Source of the DNA: Candidatus Eiseniibacteriota bacterium
GTDB lineage: Bacteria; Eisenbacteria; RBG-16-71-46
Direction: 5' to 3'
Length of the DNA stretch: 64,000 nt
Assembly (NCBI GenBank): GCA_963776245.1
Contig: CAVZLN010000006.1
Location: 544,001-608,000, forward strand
Shown in pieces: positions 8,774 through 19,147 of this stretch. A model generated the notes under the pieces. The model searched no databases. It was given only the letters and a program-made list of their open reading frames with translations, and had not been told where the DNA came from. Position numbers and translations under genes: made by a program. Within the stretch, counting starts at the first letter, position 1. Every line of letters begins with the position of its first letter.

Positions 8774-10036
8774 ATGCCCTCCTACTACTACCGCGCACGC
8801 GACGCCGAGGGACGGGCCCGGGAAGGCATCGAGATCGCCGCCTCCGAGGAGGAGGTGGTGCGCATCCTCGAGGAATCGCGGCTGGTGCCGATCTTCATCG
8901 AGTCCCGGGCGCCCTCGGGTGCGCGCGCCGCGCGCGCCGAGTTCCTGCGTCCATTCGCCCGGGCGCTCTCGCGCCTGAACGCACGCATCCAGCCCGGATC
9001 GGTGGCGTTGTTCGCGCGCCAGCTGGCCACCATGATCGGCGCCGGACTGCCGCTGGTGCGCTCGCTGCGCTCGATCAGCCGCGATCACCACGACCGCCGG
9101 CTGGCGGTGCTCATCGGGCAGGTGGCCGACGACGTGCAGAAGGGCGAGTCGCTGTCGAACGCGCTCGGCCGCCACCCCGAGGCGTTCGACGCGGTGTTCG
9201 TGAGCCTGGTGAACACCGGCGAGGTGAGCGGGACGCTGGACAGCATCCTCGAGCAGACCGCCACCTATCTGGAGAAGGCCGAGGGCCTGCGCCTCAAGGT
9301 GGAGGCCGCCCTGCGCTACCCCACCTTCGTGCTCAGTTTCGCCCTGGTGGTGCTGCTGGCCATGCTCCTGAAGATCATCCCGATGTTCGCCAGCATCTAC
9401 GACCGCTTCCGGGTCCCCCTCCCCCTGCCCACCCGGATGCTGCTCGGGGCGAGCCGGCTGATCACGGACAACCTGTTGCTGGTGGCACCTTTGGCCCTGC
9501 TCGGAGCGGTCACGGTGTGGTACTGGGCCCAGACCGAACAAGGGCGGCTGGTGGTGGACCGGATGAAGTTCCGGTTGCCCATCTTCGGGAATCTCATCAG
9601 AATGTACGCAGTCACCAAGTTCGCCCGGACGCTGGGCATCCTCACTGGGAGCGGGACGCAGATCCTCTACGCACTCAAGGTCCTGCGGCCGGTGCCGGGT
9701 AACAAGGTGCTGGAGCAGGGCATAGACTTCGTACGGACGCGCGTCGAGGAAGGCGTGGCACTGTCCAAGGCCATGACCGATTCCGGGGTGTTCCCCGAGA
9801 TGGTGGTGCAGATGACCGCCACCGGCGAGGAGACCGGGAAACTCGACACCATGTTGTCGCGCACCGCTGACTTCTACGAGCAGCGCGTGAGCGCCGCCGT
9901 GGAGGGGATGAGTTCGCTGGTCGAGCCCATCGCCATCGTCATGCTGGGTGGGATCATCGGGATCATGCTGATCGCCCTGTACCTGCCCATCTTCAACCTC
10001 GGCCATGCGATGAGGGCCGGGATGCTGGGACACTAG
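8774..10036 (+). CDS. pilC: Type IV pilus platform protein PilC (GspF family)
   Basis: FARQLATMIGAGLPL, GEVSGTLD, GEETGKLD, EPIAIV...LYLPIF. Confidence 0.95.
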   Translation: MPSYYYRARDAEGRAREGIEIAASEEEVVRILEESRLVPIFIESRAPSGARAARAEFLRPFARALSRLNARIQPGSVALFARQLATMIGAGLPLVRSLRSISRDHHDRRLAVLIGQVADDVQKGESLSNALGRHPEAFDAVFVSLVNTGEVSGTLDSILEQTATYLEKAEGLRLKVEAALRYPTFVLSFALVVLLAMLLKIIPMFASIYDRFRVPLPLPTRMLLGASRLITDNLLLVAPLALLGAVTVWYWAQTEQGRLVVDRMKFRLPIFGNLIRMYAVTKFARTLGILTGSGTQILYALKVLRPVPGNKVLEQGIDFVRTRVEEGVALSKAMTDSGVFPEMVVQMTATGEETGKLDTMLSRTADFYEQRVSAAVEGMSSLVEPIAIVMLGGIIGIMLIALYLPIFNLGHAMRAGMLGH

Positions 10037-10170
10037 GCAGTTTCGGGGACGAGCCCCCCGCTCGGACGGCGGATTCGTTCCGTGGTTGTGCGACGAAAGA
10101 CGGATCGGGCCCAGGCGGTCCATCCGGCCGAACCGGAGAGCCGGAACCCCACAGAAGGAGATCTGGACCC

Positions 10171-10599
10171 ATGCGCAGGATGGATCAGAAAGGCTTCACC
10201 CTGATGGAGCTGATGGTCGTCATCGTCATCGTGGCGATCCTCGCGGCGGTTGCCGTACCGCTCTACATCAACTACGTCAAGGACGCGCAGCGCACCGAGG
10301 CGAAGGGCGCGATCGGCGCGGTGATCACGGCCGAGCAGACGTACTTCCAGCTCAATGGTACGTACGTCGCTCTCACGGCGTTCATCAAGAACCCCGGGCC
10401 CAGCGACCAGAGCGGACTGAACTGCGACCTGACGGAAGCGCTCGGCAACTGGTCCTTCAAGGTGGAGACGCCGACGGACGCGAAGACCGGCTACACTGTC
10501 ACCGCGACCGGCCTGGGTGCTACGGGCGGACCGCCCGTGGACATGATCGTCACGTACGCCTATAAGCGCGCGGACGGTCGCGGCATCTGGACGCCGTAG
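10171..10599 (+). CDS. pilA: Major type IVa pilin
   Basis: RBS GAAGGAG; class III signal QKG/FTLMELMVVIVIVAILAAVAVP with E5. Confidence 0.88.
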   Translation: MRRMDQKGFTLMELMVVIVIVAILAAVAVPLYINYVKDAQRTEAKGAIGAVITAEQTYFQLNGTYVALTAFIKNPGPSDQSGLNCDLTEALGNWSFKVETPTDAKTGYTVTATGLGATGGPPVDMIVTYAYKRADGRGIWTP

Positions 10600-10628
10600 G
10601 CCTGCGGGAGCCCGCAGCCGAGGCTGCC

Positions 10629-11087
10629 TTGGTCATCCGACCGGGAACACTCGACCGCGCCGCGGAAGCGACTCGGTGCGCCCGCGGCTTCTCGCTGATC
10701 GAGGCCATGGTCGCCACCGTGATCGCGGTGCTGGCGGTGCTGGGCCTGGCGCACACCTTCGGGCTCGGCCACGGCCTCATCGACCGCTACGCCGGCTCGC
10801 GCGCGGCGCTGGGCGAAGCGCAGCGGCGCATGGAGTGGCTGTCGGCCCACGCGGCGCAGCATGCGTGCGACAGCCTGGTGGTCGGCGGCCTGTATCCTTC
10901 GACCCCGTCGGCGTTCTCGATCCCGGGGGTGGTCAGCGGTACCGTGCAGTGGCAGGTTGATGCGTATGACGACGCGGTGACCCCCACCATCACCCAGGAC
11001 ATGCGTCTCGTGACCATGGTCGTGGTGTACGGATCCGGGAGCGAGCGCGACAGCCTCCGTATCACCCGGTTGTTCCCGAACCCATGA
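10629..11087 (+). CDS. Minor pilin (PilV-like); start uncertain
   Basis: ARG/FSLIEAMVATVIAVLAVLGL prepilin motif. Confidence 0.8.
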   Translation: MVIRPGTLDRAAEATRCARGFSLIEAMVATVIAVLAVLGLAHTFGLGHGLIDRYAGSRAALGEAQRRMEWLSAHAAQHACDSLVVGGLYPSTPSAFSIPGVVSGTVQWQVDAYDDAVTPTITQDMRLVTMVVVYGSGSERDSLRITRLFPNP

Positions 11088-11593
11088 CCGCTCGCCCACC
11101 CCGCCATCCGGAGCGCGGACTCACGCTCACCGAACTCACGGTCGCCACCCTTATGGCGAGCATCGTGATGATCGGGCTGGTGGGCTTCTACATGAACTCG
11201 CAGGGCGTCTGGATGGATTCCTCGGGGCAGGCGCTCACGCAGCGCGAAGCCACCCAGCTGACCGAGGAGGTCACCCAGCGTTCGCGGGGCGCCGCCTACC
11301 TCACCCTCACACCCGTGAGCGGGGATTCGCTGCAGGACATCACCTTCTTCTCCCCGGGCCCCGGCGGCACCACGACCACGGCGCGGTTCTGGTGGAGGGC
11401 GGCGGACCGGCGCGTGCATCTCGAGCTGAACGGCGGTGGTGACGCGGGCCCGCTCGAGGTCTCCGACGTGGAGCGATTCGCCTTCCGCGCCAACCCGGAC
11501 ACATCGTACGTCGAGTTCGATATCCGCATGAGATCCCCCGAGGATCAAGTGGTCGCGGTGACCTCGGGTATCCGGCTCCAGAACCACCACTAG
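11084..11593 (+). CDS. Minor pilin (PilW-like)
   Basis: ERG/LTLTELTVATLMASIVMIGL prepilin motif; ATGA overlap with the previous gene. Confidence 0.8.
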   Translation: MTARPPRHPERGLTLTELTVATLMASIVMIGLVGFYMNSQGVWMDSSGQALTQREATQLTEEVTQRSRGAAYLTLTPVSGDSLQDITFFSPGPGGTTTTARFWWRAADRRVHLELNGGGDAGPLEVSDVERFAFRANPDTSYVEFDIRMRSPEDQVVAVTSGIRLQNHH

Positions 11594-11608
11594 ACTTCCG
11601 AGGTTCGC

Positions 11609-12899
11609 ATGGCCCACGCGTCCCCCCCCGACGTTCCATCCTCCCGCGGCTTCGTGCTGGTCGGGGTGGTCATGTTCGTGCTCGCGCTCACCATCCTTGG
11701 CCTGTCCGTGTTCAGCCTGTCGTCGTACGAGGCGCAGTTCCTGCGCCACTCGCACGACGAGGTCCAGGCGTTCAACGATGCCATGGGCGGCCTCGATCGC
11801 GCCGCCTACGCGCTGGCGAGGACGGACTCGCTGGAGAGCGTGCGCGTCCACCTGCCGCCCGGGATCGACTCCACGAGCTCCTGGCAGTGGAGTGGCACGA
11901 ACCGGGTGATCTATGGGCCGGTCAACGCGGATTCCACCGTGTGGGTGAAGGTGTGCGCGCACCGCGGACCCGCGGAGCGGGTGGTCACGGCCGGCTTCAT
12001 CCCCACGTCGACTCAGAACTACTACAATCGGACGATCCACACGTCCTCGTGGGTGGTCGTCGACATCTATACTGAGAGCGGTCACCCCGCGCAATCACTC
12101 GGTCGAACTCGGGGCCGCGGTCCGCCAGGTTTCGACCGATTTCGGGTGGATCGGGCTACCTCGCCGCTCCGCCTCTGCCCATCGATTGGGGAACGATGAA
12201 CGTGCCCGTCCCCCGCGGCGCAATACGCTTCATCACGGCCGCACCTGCCGAGGAGCGACCCAACCCCCCTACGACTCGGCGCTCCAAGACCTACAAGTTG
12301 TCGAATCCGAATCCCAACGCGGTGAAGTACTTCTACTGGCCGGATGACCCCAGGCTTCCAAGTGGACACTCCACGATCCGAACGATGTCAAGATCGAGGT
12401 CGAGGGAATGGTCGTCTGGCTTTTCCCGAAGGGAGTCCACTTCGGCGAGGGCCTTGGCCCCACCGTCGTGGAAAGTGAAGAACATTCCACTGCGAACGAC
12501 TGCCTGGTGATCGTCGCCAGGGCCCGAGTGAGAGTCAAGGAAGCCGGCCTCGGCCCGGAGTTCATCGGCATCTCGTTCTTCGGCGGGCTCAGGTCCAGCG
12601 GCTCCAATGGTGTTCCCATCATCCTGGTCACCGACGGGGTGCTGGAGATCGATCAGGCCAGTGATTCCGCGGTGGGCCCTGTGATCGACTACTTCTCCGC
12701 ATTCGCGGGCGGGATCTACTTGCGCGGCCCACTGCTCCCCTACCGTATGAGACTCCTCCATGCCTCGAATGCCCCCCAGGACCAGCCCAACGGCCTGCTC
12801 GATCAGCTGCTCCGTCAGAAGGCGCTGCCCAACTCGACCGGCGGTTCCTCGACACGATTCGAAATGCTCGCCGGGACGTGGCAGGATGTGACCCCATGA
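11609..12899 (+). CDS. PilX/GspK-like minor pilin with a large C-terminal domain, split by at least three frameshifts
   Basis: SRG/FVLVGVVMFVLALTILG lacks E5, as PilX does; protein-like segments continue in changing frames (VELGAAVRQV, YLAAPPLPIDWG, KYFYWPDD, LHDPNDVKIEVEGMVVWLFPKG) to the stop at 12899. Confidence 0.65.
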
Positions 12900-12912
12900 G
12901 GGTCGCCAATCG

Positions 12913-13968
12913 ATGAGGGCGGGCATCCGCAGCCGGCCATGGGTCGGTCTCGACGTCGGTGCCTACAGCGTCAAGGTGCTCGCCGCGCAGCATGCCGTGG
13001 GCGGCACGCGGCATTGGCTCGCCGAGCAGCCGCTGCCCACTCTCGAGGGCGACCTCGATCGCGGGCATCCGCCCGAGGTGGTGGCACGCGCCATCTCCGT
13101 CGCGCTCGGGCAGGCCGGCCTCACCCCGCGCGGGCTGCGCGGGGTGACCCTCGGGGTCACGGGGCCCGACGTCATCCTCAAGCAGGTCACGCTGCCGCTG
13201 CTCGACGACGCCGAGGTCGGTCCCGCGCTGCGCTTCGAGGCGCGCAAGCATCTGCCCTTCGACCCTCAGGGCATGGTGCTCGACTTCCAGATCGTGGCGC
13301 GCTATCCGGTGCAGAAGCGCCTCGAGGTGCTGCTCGCCGCGGTGTCCCAGGAGCGCCTCCAGAAGTCGTCCGCCCCGCTCGGGATGCTGGGCCTCGAGGC
13401 CGACATCGTGGACGCCGTGCCGCTCGCGCTCACCAACGGCCTGACGTTCTCGAGCCCGGACCGGGACCGCGAACCGGTCGCGCTGCTCGACCTCGGACAT
13501 GCGGCCTCCCACCTCACGCTGTGGCAGAAGGGCGAGCCCTACTTCGCGCGCCGCATCGATTTCGGTGGGCGCTCGCTCACGCGCGCCATCGCCGCCGGCA
13601 CCGGCTCCTCGGCCGAGGAGGCCGAGGAGTGGAAGCTCGCCGCCGGCGCCGACGAGCCCGGTTTCCGCGTGGACTGGGACTCGGTCGAGATGCGCGCCGT
13701 GCTCGAGTGCCTGCGGACCGAACTGGCCGACGAGGTCAGGCGTTCGTTCGCGTTCTACCGCACGCTGGGCCGCATGCCCGACCCGATGAGCCTGCGCGTC
13801 TCGGGCGGCTCGGCGCGTCTGCCCGGCCTGGCGGCCCGGCTCACCGAGCTGCTCGGCATGCCGGTGGCGCTGTTCAATCCGCTCGACGGCACCCACGGCG
13901 CGCAGGTCGTGGGCACCAGTGGGCCCCAGTTCGCCACCGCGTTCGGGCTGGCGCTGAGATCCGCGTGA
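12913..13968 (+). CDS. pilM: Type IV pilus assembly protein PilM
   Basis: VGLDVGAYSVK, EARKHLPF, LLDLGH, FGGRSLT, SGGSARLPGL, FNPL, AFGLALR. Confidence 0.92.
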   Translation: MRAGIRSRPWVGLDVGAYSVKVLAAQHAVGGTRHWLAEQPLPTLEGDLDRGHPPEVVARAISVALGQAGLTPRGLRGVTLGVTGPDVILKQVTLPLLDDAEVGPALRFEARKHLPFDPQGMVLDFQIVARYPVQKRLEVLLAAVSQERLQKSSAPLGMLGLEADIVDAVPLALTNGLTFSSPDRDREPVALLDLGHAASHLTLWQKGEPYFARRIDFGGRSLTRAIAAGTGSSAEEAEEWKLAAGADEPGFRVDWDSVEMRAVLECLRTELADEVRRSFAFYRTLGRMPDPMSLRVSGGSARLPGLAARLTELLGMPVALFNPLDGTHGAQVVGTSGPQFATAFGLALRSA

Positions 13969-14543
13969 CCCCGGTCTTCCTGATCAACTTCCGCCGCGAG
14001 GCCTATCGGCGCGAGGCGGCCAAGGCCCGCCGGCGGGTGACCTTGCTCGGGCTGTGGGTGGCCTATTTCGGCGCCATCGTGGTGGTGCTCGGGCTGTATG
14101 GTCTCAATTGCACGGTGGTCGCCCGGCGCGCGGGCCAGGTCGAGCGCCAGGCCCAGCGTCTGCGCCAGATGCAGGGCGCCGCCACCACCACGCGCCTCTC
14201 CGCCGAGGACGTGGCGCAGATCGAGCGCTACCTGCGCAGCCCCGGCCGCTGGCGCGACCGGCTGACGCGGATCGCGGCGCTGCTGCCTCCCGGCGTGCGG
14301 CTGACCTCCATGAGCGTCAATCCTCAGGGCCTCGAGGGCGCGGCCAACGCCGACCTGCTGATCATCACCGGCATCCTGCGCGTGCCCGTGGGGGTGGACC
14401 GCATGCGCAGCGTCATGGACCTCGAGAGCCGGCTGCGCTCCGACAGCGCGTTCGTCGCCGGGTACTCCAAGGTGCGGCTGACCTCGACGCGCATCTTCGG
14501 CGGCGGGGACCCCTCCACCGAGTTCACCATCGAGTGCCGCTGA
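13965..14543 (+). CDS. pilN: PilN-like protein
   Basis: GTG overlap; INF motif, single TM, coiled coil, LPPGVRLTSM; position after pilM. Confidence 0.75.
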   Translation: MTPVFLINFRREAYRREAAKARRRVTLLGLWVAYFGAIVVVLGLYGLNCTVVARRAGQVERQAQRLRQMQGAATTTRLSAEDVAQIERYLRSPGRWRDRLTRIAALLPPGVRLTSMSVNPQGLEGAANADLLIITGILRVPVGVDRMRSVMDLESRLRSDSAFVAGYSKVRLTSTRIFGGGDPSTEFTIECR

Positions 14544-15100
14544 TGAACCCCTTCCTGGCCGCGACCCTGCGCCGTCACTGGCGCCTCGCCACCGCGACGG
14601 TGGTGTTCGTGGTCTTCATGCTCGCGCACCAGGTCGTGTTCCAGCCCGCCGTGCACCGCTACGAGGACGCGTTGTCGCGGGCCCGGGCACTGGGACTCGC
14701 CCTCGATCCGGGGCAGATGGAACCGGTGATACCGCCGCGGGTGTTCGCGCGCATCACCGACAATGCCCTGCCTCCCGCCGCGGCAGTCGATCAGGCGGCC
14801 TCGGGCGTGCTCGCCGCGCGGCTCCTCGAAGAACTCGCGCAGGCCGCCCAGCAGAGCGGGCTCGAAGTGACCGTCTCGGAGCCGGGCCCGGCCTCGCAGC
14901 AGGAATCCTCCGCCATCGCGCGCGCGCATCTCACCCTGCGCGGCGGCTTCGGACCGTTCGTGAGCTTCCTGGACGCGCTGGCGCGCGGACCGCGGTTCAT
15001 CGCGGTCGATCGCTTCACCCTCGCGCCCCAGGGCGGCCAGCTCATGATCGACGTCTGGGCCAGCCGGCTGGTGCTCAAGCGCGACGGAGTGGTGCGATGA
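14543..15100 (+). CDS. pilO: PilO/GspM-like protein
   Basis: N-terminal TM; LTLRGGFGPFVSFLDAL...RFIAVDRF ferredoxin-like pattern; position. Confidence 0.7.
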   Translation: MNPFLAATLRRHWRLATATVVFVVFMLAHQVVFQPAVHRYEDALSRARALGLALDPGQMEPVIPPRVFARITDNALPPAAAVDQAASGVLAARLLEELAQAAQQSGLEVTVSEPGPASQQESSAIARAHLTLRGGFGPFVSFLDALARGPRFIAVDRFTLAPQGGQLMIDVWASRLVLKRDGVVR

Positions 15101-15582
15101 GACCCGCCCTCGGCGGTTTCGCGGCCCCCCTGCTGGCCTGCGTGCTGTTCGCCGTCATCCTGGTGCAGACGCGCGCCGCGTTGCGGGTCTCGGGCACCTG
15201 GGCGCGCGTCGCCCCGCCCGCGCCCACCGCGGCCATGGACCCCTATGGACCGCTCGACCGCCTGATCGCTGGCGCGGCCGGCTCGCCTTCCCCGTCACCC
15301 GAACGCGACCCATTCGCGCTCGGGCCGGTGGCGGGCGTCGTGGCCCCGCCCCATGCCGTGCGGCGCCCGGTCGTGCCGGCGCCGCCACCCCGTCCGGTGC
15401 TCACATCGATCGTGTGGGACTACGACCCGCGCGCCACCATCCGCTGGGGTGGGCGCGAATACTCGGTGCGCGAGAACACCCTGTTCGCGGACTTCCGCGT
15501 GGCGGGGATCAGCCGCGATCAGGTCGTGCTGGAACGCGGGGGCGAGCGCTTCGTGCTCGCGCTCCCCAAGAAAGGAGAATGA
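15097..15582 (+). CDS. PilP/GspC-like protein
   Basis: TM anchor, ERDPF motif, Pro-rich linker, beta domain LTSIVW...FRVAGISRDQVVL; between pilO and the secretin. Confidence 0.65.
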   Translation: MRPALGGFAAPLLACVLFAVILVQTRAALRVSGTWARVAPPAPTAAMDPYGPLDRLIAGAAGSPSPSPERDPFALGPVAGVVAPPHAVRRPVVPAPPPRPVLTSIVWDYDPRATIRWGGREYSVRENTLFADFRVAGISRDQVVLERGGERFVLALPKKGE

Positions 15583-15585
15583 CGC

Positions 15586-16854
15586 GTGAGCCATTGGAGA
15601 GGCCGTCCCCTGCAGGCGCTGCTCGTCGCCCTGGCGATGGCGGTGCTCGCGTCCGCCATGCCGGCGCTGGCCGCGGAGAGACTCATCTCGCTCGACGCCG
15701 AGGAAGCGAGCCTCCCGAGCGTGCTCAAGATCCTCGCCGAGAAGGGTGACCTCAACATCGTCACCGGGCCCGGCGTGTCCGGCGGCCGCATCTCGATCCA
15801 CATGAAGAACGTCCCGCTCGATCAGGCGGTCAATCTGGTGGTGCGGGCCGCGGGGCTGGCCTACGAGCGCATCGGCAACAGCCTGCTGGTCGCGGAGGCG
15901 AGCTCGCTCAAGGAGGAGACCGGGCTCTCGTCCTACGTCGTGGACCTCAAGTACGCCGACGCCAACGACGTGAAGGCCGCGCTCAAGGACATGTCGGCCC
16001 AGATCCAGGTGGACCGCGGAGGCAACCGGCTGATCGTGATCACCAGCCCGCGCGTGATCTCGGAGATCCTGTCGCTGGTCACCAAGCTCGACCTGCCCGC
16101 GCGCCAGGTGATGCTCGAGGCGCGCATCGTCGAAGTGTCCACCACCGACACCAAGCGGCTGGGCATCGACTGGGACCTGCTCACGCGCCAGGGGTTCATC
16201 ATCACCGAGGGCCAGCCGGGCCCCACCGCCCCGGACGTGCCGCCGACCACGATGCCCTACATCCGGTCGTCACTCGGCCGACCCGACGCGCTCATGGGCT
16301 GGCGCCCGAGCCGCCAGGCCAAGGAGTTCAACGTCGCGCTCGACCTGTTGATCCGCGAGGGCAACGCGCGGGTGCTCGCCAATCCCAAGATCGCCACGCT
16401 CAATGGCAAGGAGGCGAGCATCATGATCGGGCAGCGCATCCCGTTCGTGGTCACCGGCACGGTGTTCGCGGGCGGCGGCGCGGCGCCGGTCCAGCAGGTG
16501 CAGAAGGAAGAGGTCGGCATCAAGCTCAAGATCACGCCGCTCATCAACGCGGATGGCTACATCACGACCGAGATCACGCCCGAGGTGTCCTCGGTCACCG
16601 ACTACAAGGGCGACAAGGCCGACCTGCCGGTGGTCGACACGCGGCAGGCCACCACCACCGTGCGCCTGAAGGACGGCAACTCGGTGATCATCGGCGGGCT
16701 GTTGAGCGAGGACAAGTCCACCACCATCTCGAAGCTGCCCCTGCTCGGCCAGATCCCCGGCCTCGGGCTGCTGTTCCAGCACCGGGTGATCATCACCAAC
16801 AAGAAGGACCTCATCATCGAGATCACGCCGCGCATCCTGCCGGAGACCCAGTAG
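15586..16854 (+). CDS. pilQ: Secretin PilQ (short, no AMIN domains)
   Basis: ISLD...LKILA N0 domain, LKYADA, LDLPARQVMLEARIVEV, ANPKIATLNG, GIKLKITP, KLPLLGQIPGLGLLF. Confidence 0.9.
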   Translation: MSHWRGRPLQALLVALAMAVLASAMPALAAERLISLDAEEASLPSVLKILAEKGDLNIVTGPGVSGGRISIHMKNVPLDQAVNLVVRAAGLAYERIGNSLLVAEASSLKEETGLSSYVVDLKYADANDVKAALKDMSAQIQVDRGGNRLIVITSPRVISEILSLVTKLDLPARQVMLEARIVEVSTTDTKRLGIDWDLLTRQGFIITEGQPGPTAPDVPPTTMPYIRSSLGRPDALMGWRPSRQAKEFNVALDLLIREGNARVLANPKIATLNGKEASIMIGQRIPFVVTGTVFAGGGAAPVQQVQKEEVGIKLKITPLINADGYITTEITPEVSSVTDYKGDKADLPVVDTRQATTTVRLKDGNSVIIGGLLSEDKSTTISKLPLLGQIPGLGLLFQHRVIITNKKDLIIEITPRILPETQ

Positions 16855-16934
16855 CGCGGGCCGGCGCGCGACGGGCCGGGCGGTTCCGCCGCGGGCGGGG
16901 CCGCCCGGCGCTGTCGGAATGGGACGCCGGTGTG

Positions 16935-17255
16935 CTAGAAACCCGGCAGGTGGCCGACGTGGATGACGCCCGCCATCCAGCCCAGCCACTGCCCCACCGC
17001 GATCGTGAGCGCCACGGTCACGAGCGCGAGGCCCGCGGTGGCGAGTCCGGGAGTGCGCTGGCGGTGGCGATAGAGGTACCAGATGAGAGCGGGCACGATC
17101 AGGCCCTTGAGCACCACGAACACCCACCAGTGGTGATGGGCGAGGTCGGCCAGCAGCGGATTGCCCTCGCGGTTGCGGAACCAATGGATGCCGAGCGCGG
17201 TGGCGACCAGGTCGAGGCTGTTCGCCACCACGGCGAGGAAGAGCACGATGCGCAT
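16935..17255 (-). CDS. Small membrane protein, DUF5658-like
   Basis: NSLDLVAT..G......REGNPLL motif, three TM segments. Confidence 0.65.
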   Translation of the reverse strand: MRIVLFLAVVANSLDLVATALGIHWFRNREGNPLLADLAHHHWWVFVVLKGLIVPALIWYLYRHRQRTPGLATAGLALVTVALTIAVGQWLGWMAGVIHVGHLPGF

Positions 17256-17345
17256 GAGCGAGCGGGTCCCGAGGTGCGAGTCCGGTAGGAGTGACGGCTC
17301 AATTGTGCCTGATGCCCGCGGTGCTTTCAATGGCCGGAGTGATGG

Positions 17346-18119
17346 ATGAGCGTTCCCCACGGGTACCTGCTGGCGTGCGCCGGGGTGTTCGGGCTGGTGC
17401 TGGGCAGCGCCATGACCGCGCTGGTCCACCGCATCCCGCGCGGGCTGTCGTGGGTCCACGGCCGCTCGCGGTGCCCGGCCTGCGGACACGAACTGGGCGC
17501 CCTCGACCTGGTGCCGGTGCTGTCCTGGGTGCGCACCCTGGGGCGCTGTCGCCACTGCGGCGCGCGGATCGCCGCGCGCTACCCACTCACCGAACTGGCC
17601 TGCGGCGCCTGGGCTCTACTGGCCGCGGACAAGCTGGGGCTGGACGCGACGCTGCCGCTGGTGATGGTGTGGGGCGCGCTGCTGATCGCGCTGCTCTGGA
17701 TCGACCTCGACGAGAAGATCCTGCCCGACGCGCTCACCTTCCCCGGCGTGCTGGTGGGGCTGGCCGCCGCGCTCCACCTGGGACCGCATGTGTACGTGTA
17801 CGGCGCGCTGGTCGGCACCATCCCGCTCTACCTGCTCCTGATGTTCTGGGAGAAGGTGCTCAAGGTGGACGGCATGGGCTTCGGGGACATCAAGCTCGGA
17901 CTCATGTTCGGCGTGCTGCTCGGGCCCTGGCTCACCATCCTCGCCATCTTCCTGGGCGCGCTGGTGGGCAGCATCACCGGGGGCATCCTGATGGCGCGCG
18001 GCCGCGGCCACATGCGCACCGAGCTGCCGTTCGGGACCTTCCTCGCCCCGGCCGCCCTGGTGGCCTACCTCTGGGGTGAGCCGCTCCTCGACGCCTACTT
18101 CGCGCTGTTGCGCCCATGA
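17346..18119 (+). CDS. pilD: Prepilin peptidase/N-methyltransferase
   Basis: SRCPACG, GRCRHCG, YPLTEL, IDLD...[20 protein letters not shown]. Confidence 0.95.
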   Translation: MSVPHGYLLACAGVFGLVLGSAMTALVHRIPRGLSWVHGRSRCPACGHELGALDLVPVLSWVRTLGRCRHCGARIAARYPLTELACGAWALLAADKLGLDATLPLVMVWGALLIALLWIDLDEKILPDALTFPGVLVGLAAALHLGPHVYVYGALVGTIPLYLLLMFWEKVLKVDGMGFGDIKLGLMFGVLLGPWLTILAIFLGALVGSITGGILMARGRGHMRTELPFGTFLAPAALVAYLWGEPLLDAYFALLRP

Positions 18120-19128
18120 CTCCCCCGGAGGCCAGCGTGATCCGTTCGCGCATCACCGGCATCGGATTCGAGGTCCCCGAGCGCGTGGTCACCAACCACG
18201 ACCTCGAGCGCATCATGGACACCACCGACGCGTGGATCGTGGAGCGCACCGGGATCCGCGAGCGCCACTTCGTCGAGCCCGGCACGGCGCCGCGGCGCTC
18301 GGCACCGCGGCGGCGCGCCGGGCGCTCGCCGACGCCGGCCGCACGCCGGCCGACGTGGACTTCATCATCTTCGCCACCACCACGCCCGACTACACCATCC
18401 CCGGCTGCGGGGTGCTGGTGCAGCAGAACCTCGGTCTCGGCACCGTGGGCGCGCTCGACGTGCGCAACGCGTGCAGCGGGTTCCTGTATTCGCTCTCGGT
18501 GGCCGACGCGTTCGTGCGCGCTGGGGCGTACCGCTGCGTGCTGGTGATCGGGGCCGAGGTCCAGAGCACCGGCATCGACCTGACCACCGAGGGTCGCGAC
18601 ATGGCGGTGCTGTTCGGGGACGGCGCCGGCGCCGCGGTGCTCGAGCCGTGCGACGACGGGCGCGGCGTGCTGGCGTGGGCGCTGCACAGCGAGGGCCGCC
18701 ACGCGCAGGAGCTGTGGTGCGAGGCCGCGACCTCGCTGGTGCCGGGGCGCGTCACGCCCGAGATGATCGCCGCCGGCCGTCATTTTCCCCACATGAACGG
18801 CCGGATGGTGTTCAAGCACGCCACCACCCGGTTCCCCGAGGTCATCCTCGAGGTGCTCGAGAAGTCGGGCCACACGCTCGACGAGGTGAGCCTGATCGTC
18901 CCCCACCAGGCCAACCAGCGCATCGCCGACGCCGTCGGCGAGCGGCTCGGCGTGCCGGCGGAGAAGGTGTTCCAGAACATCCAGCGCTACGGCAACACCA
19001 CCGCCGCGAGCGTGCCGATCGCGCTCACCGAGGCGCGTGATGCCGGCCGCGTGAAGCCCGGGGACCTCGTGGTGCTGGCGGCGTTCGGCAGCGGCTTCGC
19101 GTGGGGCGCCGCGGCGATCCGCTGGTAG
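18116..19128 (+). CDS. fabH: 3-oxoacyl-ACP synthase III, one apparent frameshift near 18286
   Basis: [16 protein letters not shown]; catalytic NACSGF, PHQAN and [18 protein letters not shown]. Confidence 0.9.
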
Positions 19129-19147
19129 CCCGCGTCGAGCGCGGCGG

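Noticed and set aside
7042..16854. Type II secretion system
   Set aside because: PilT, PilM and a type IVa pilin favour a type IV pilus, although a secretion role is not excluded.
18270..18310. Programmed ribosomal frameshift in fabH (and likewise in the kinase)
   Set aside because: No slippery heptamer; a single-base correction restores a normal protein.
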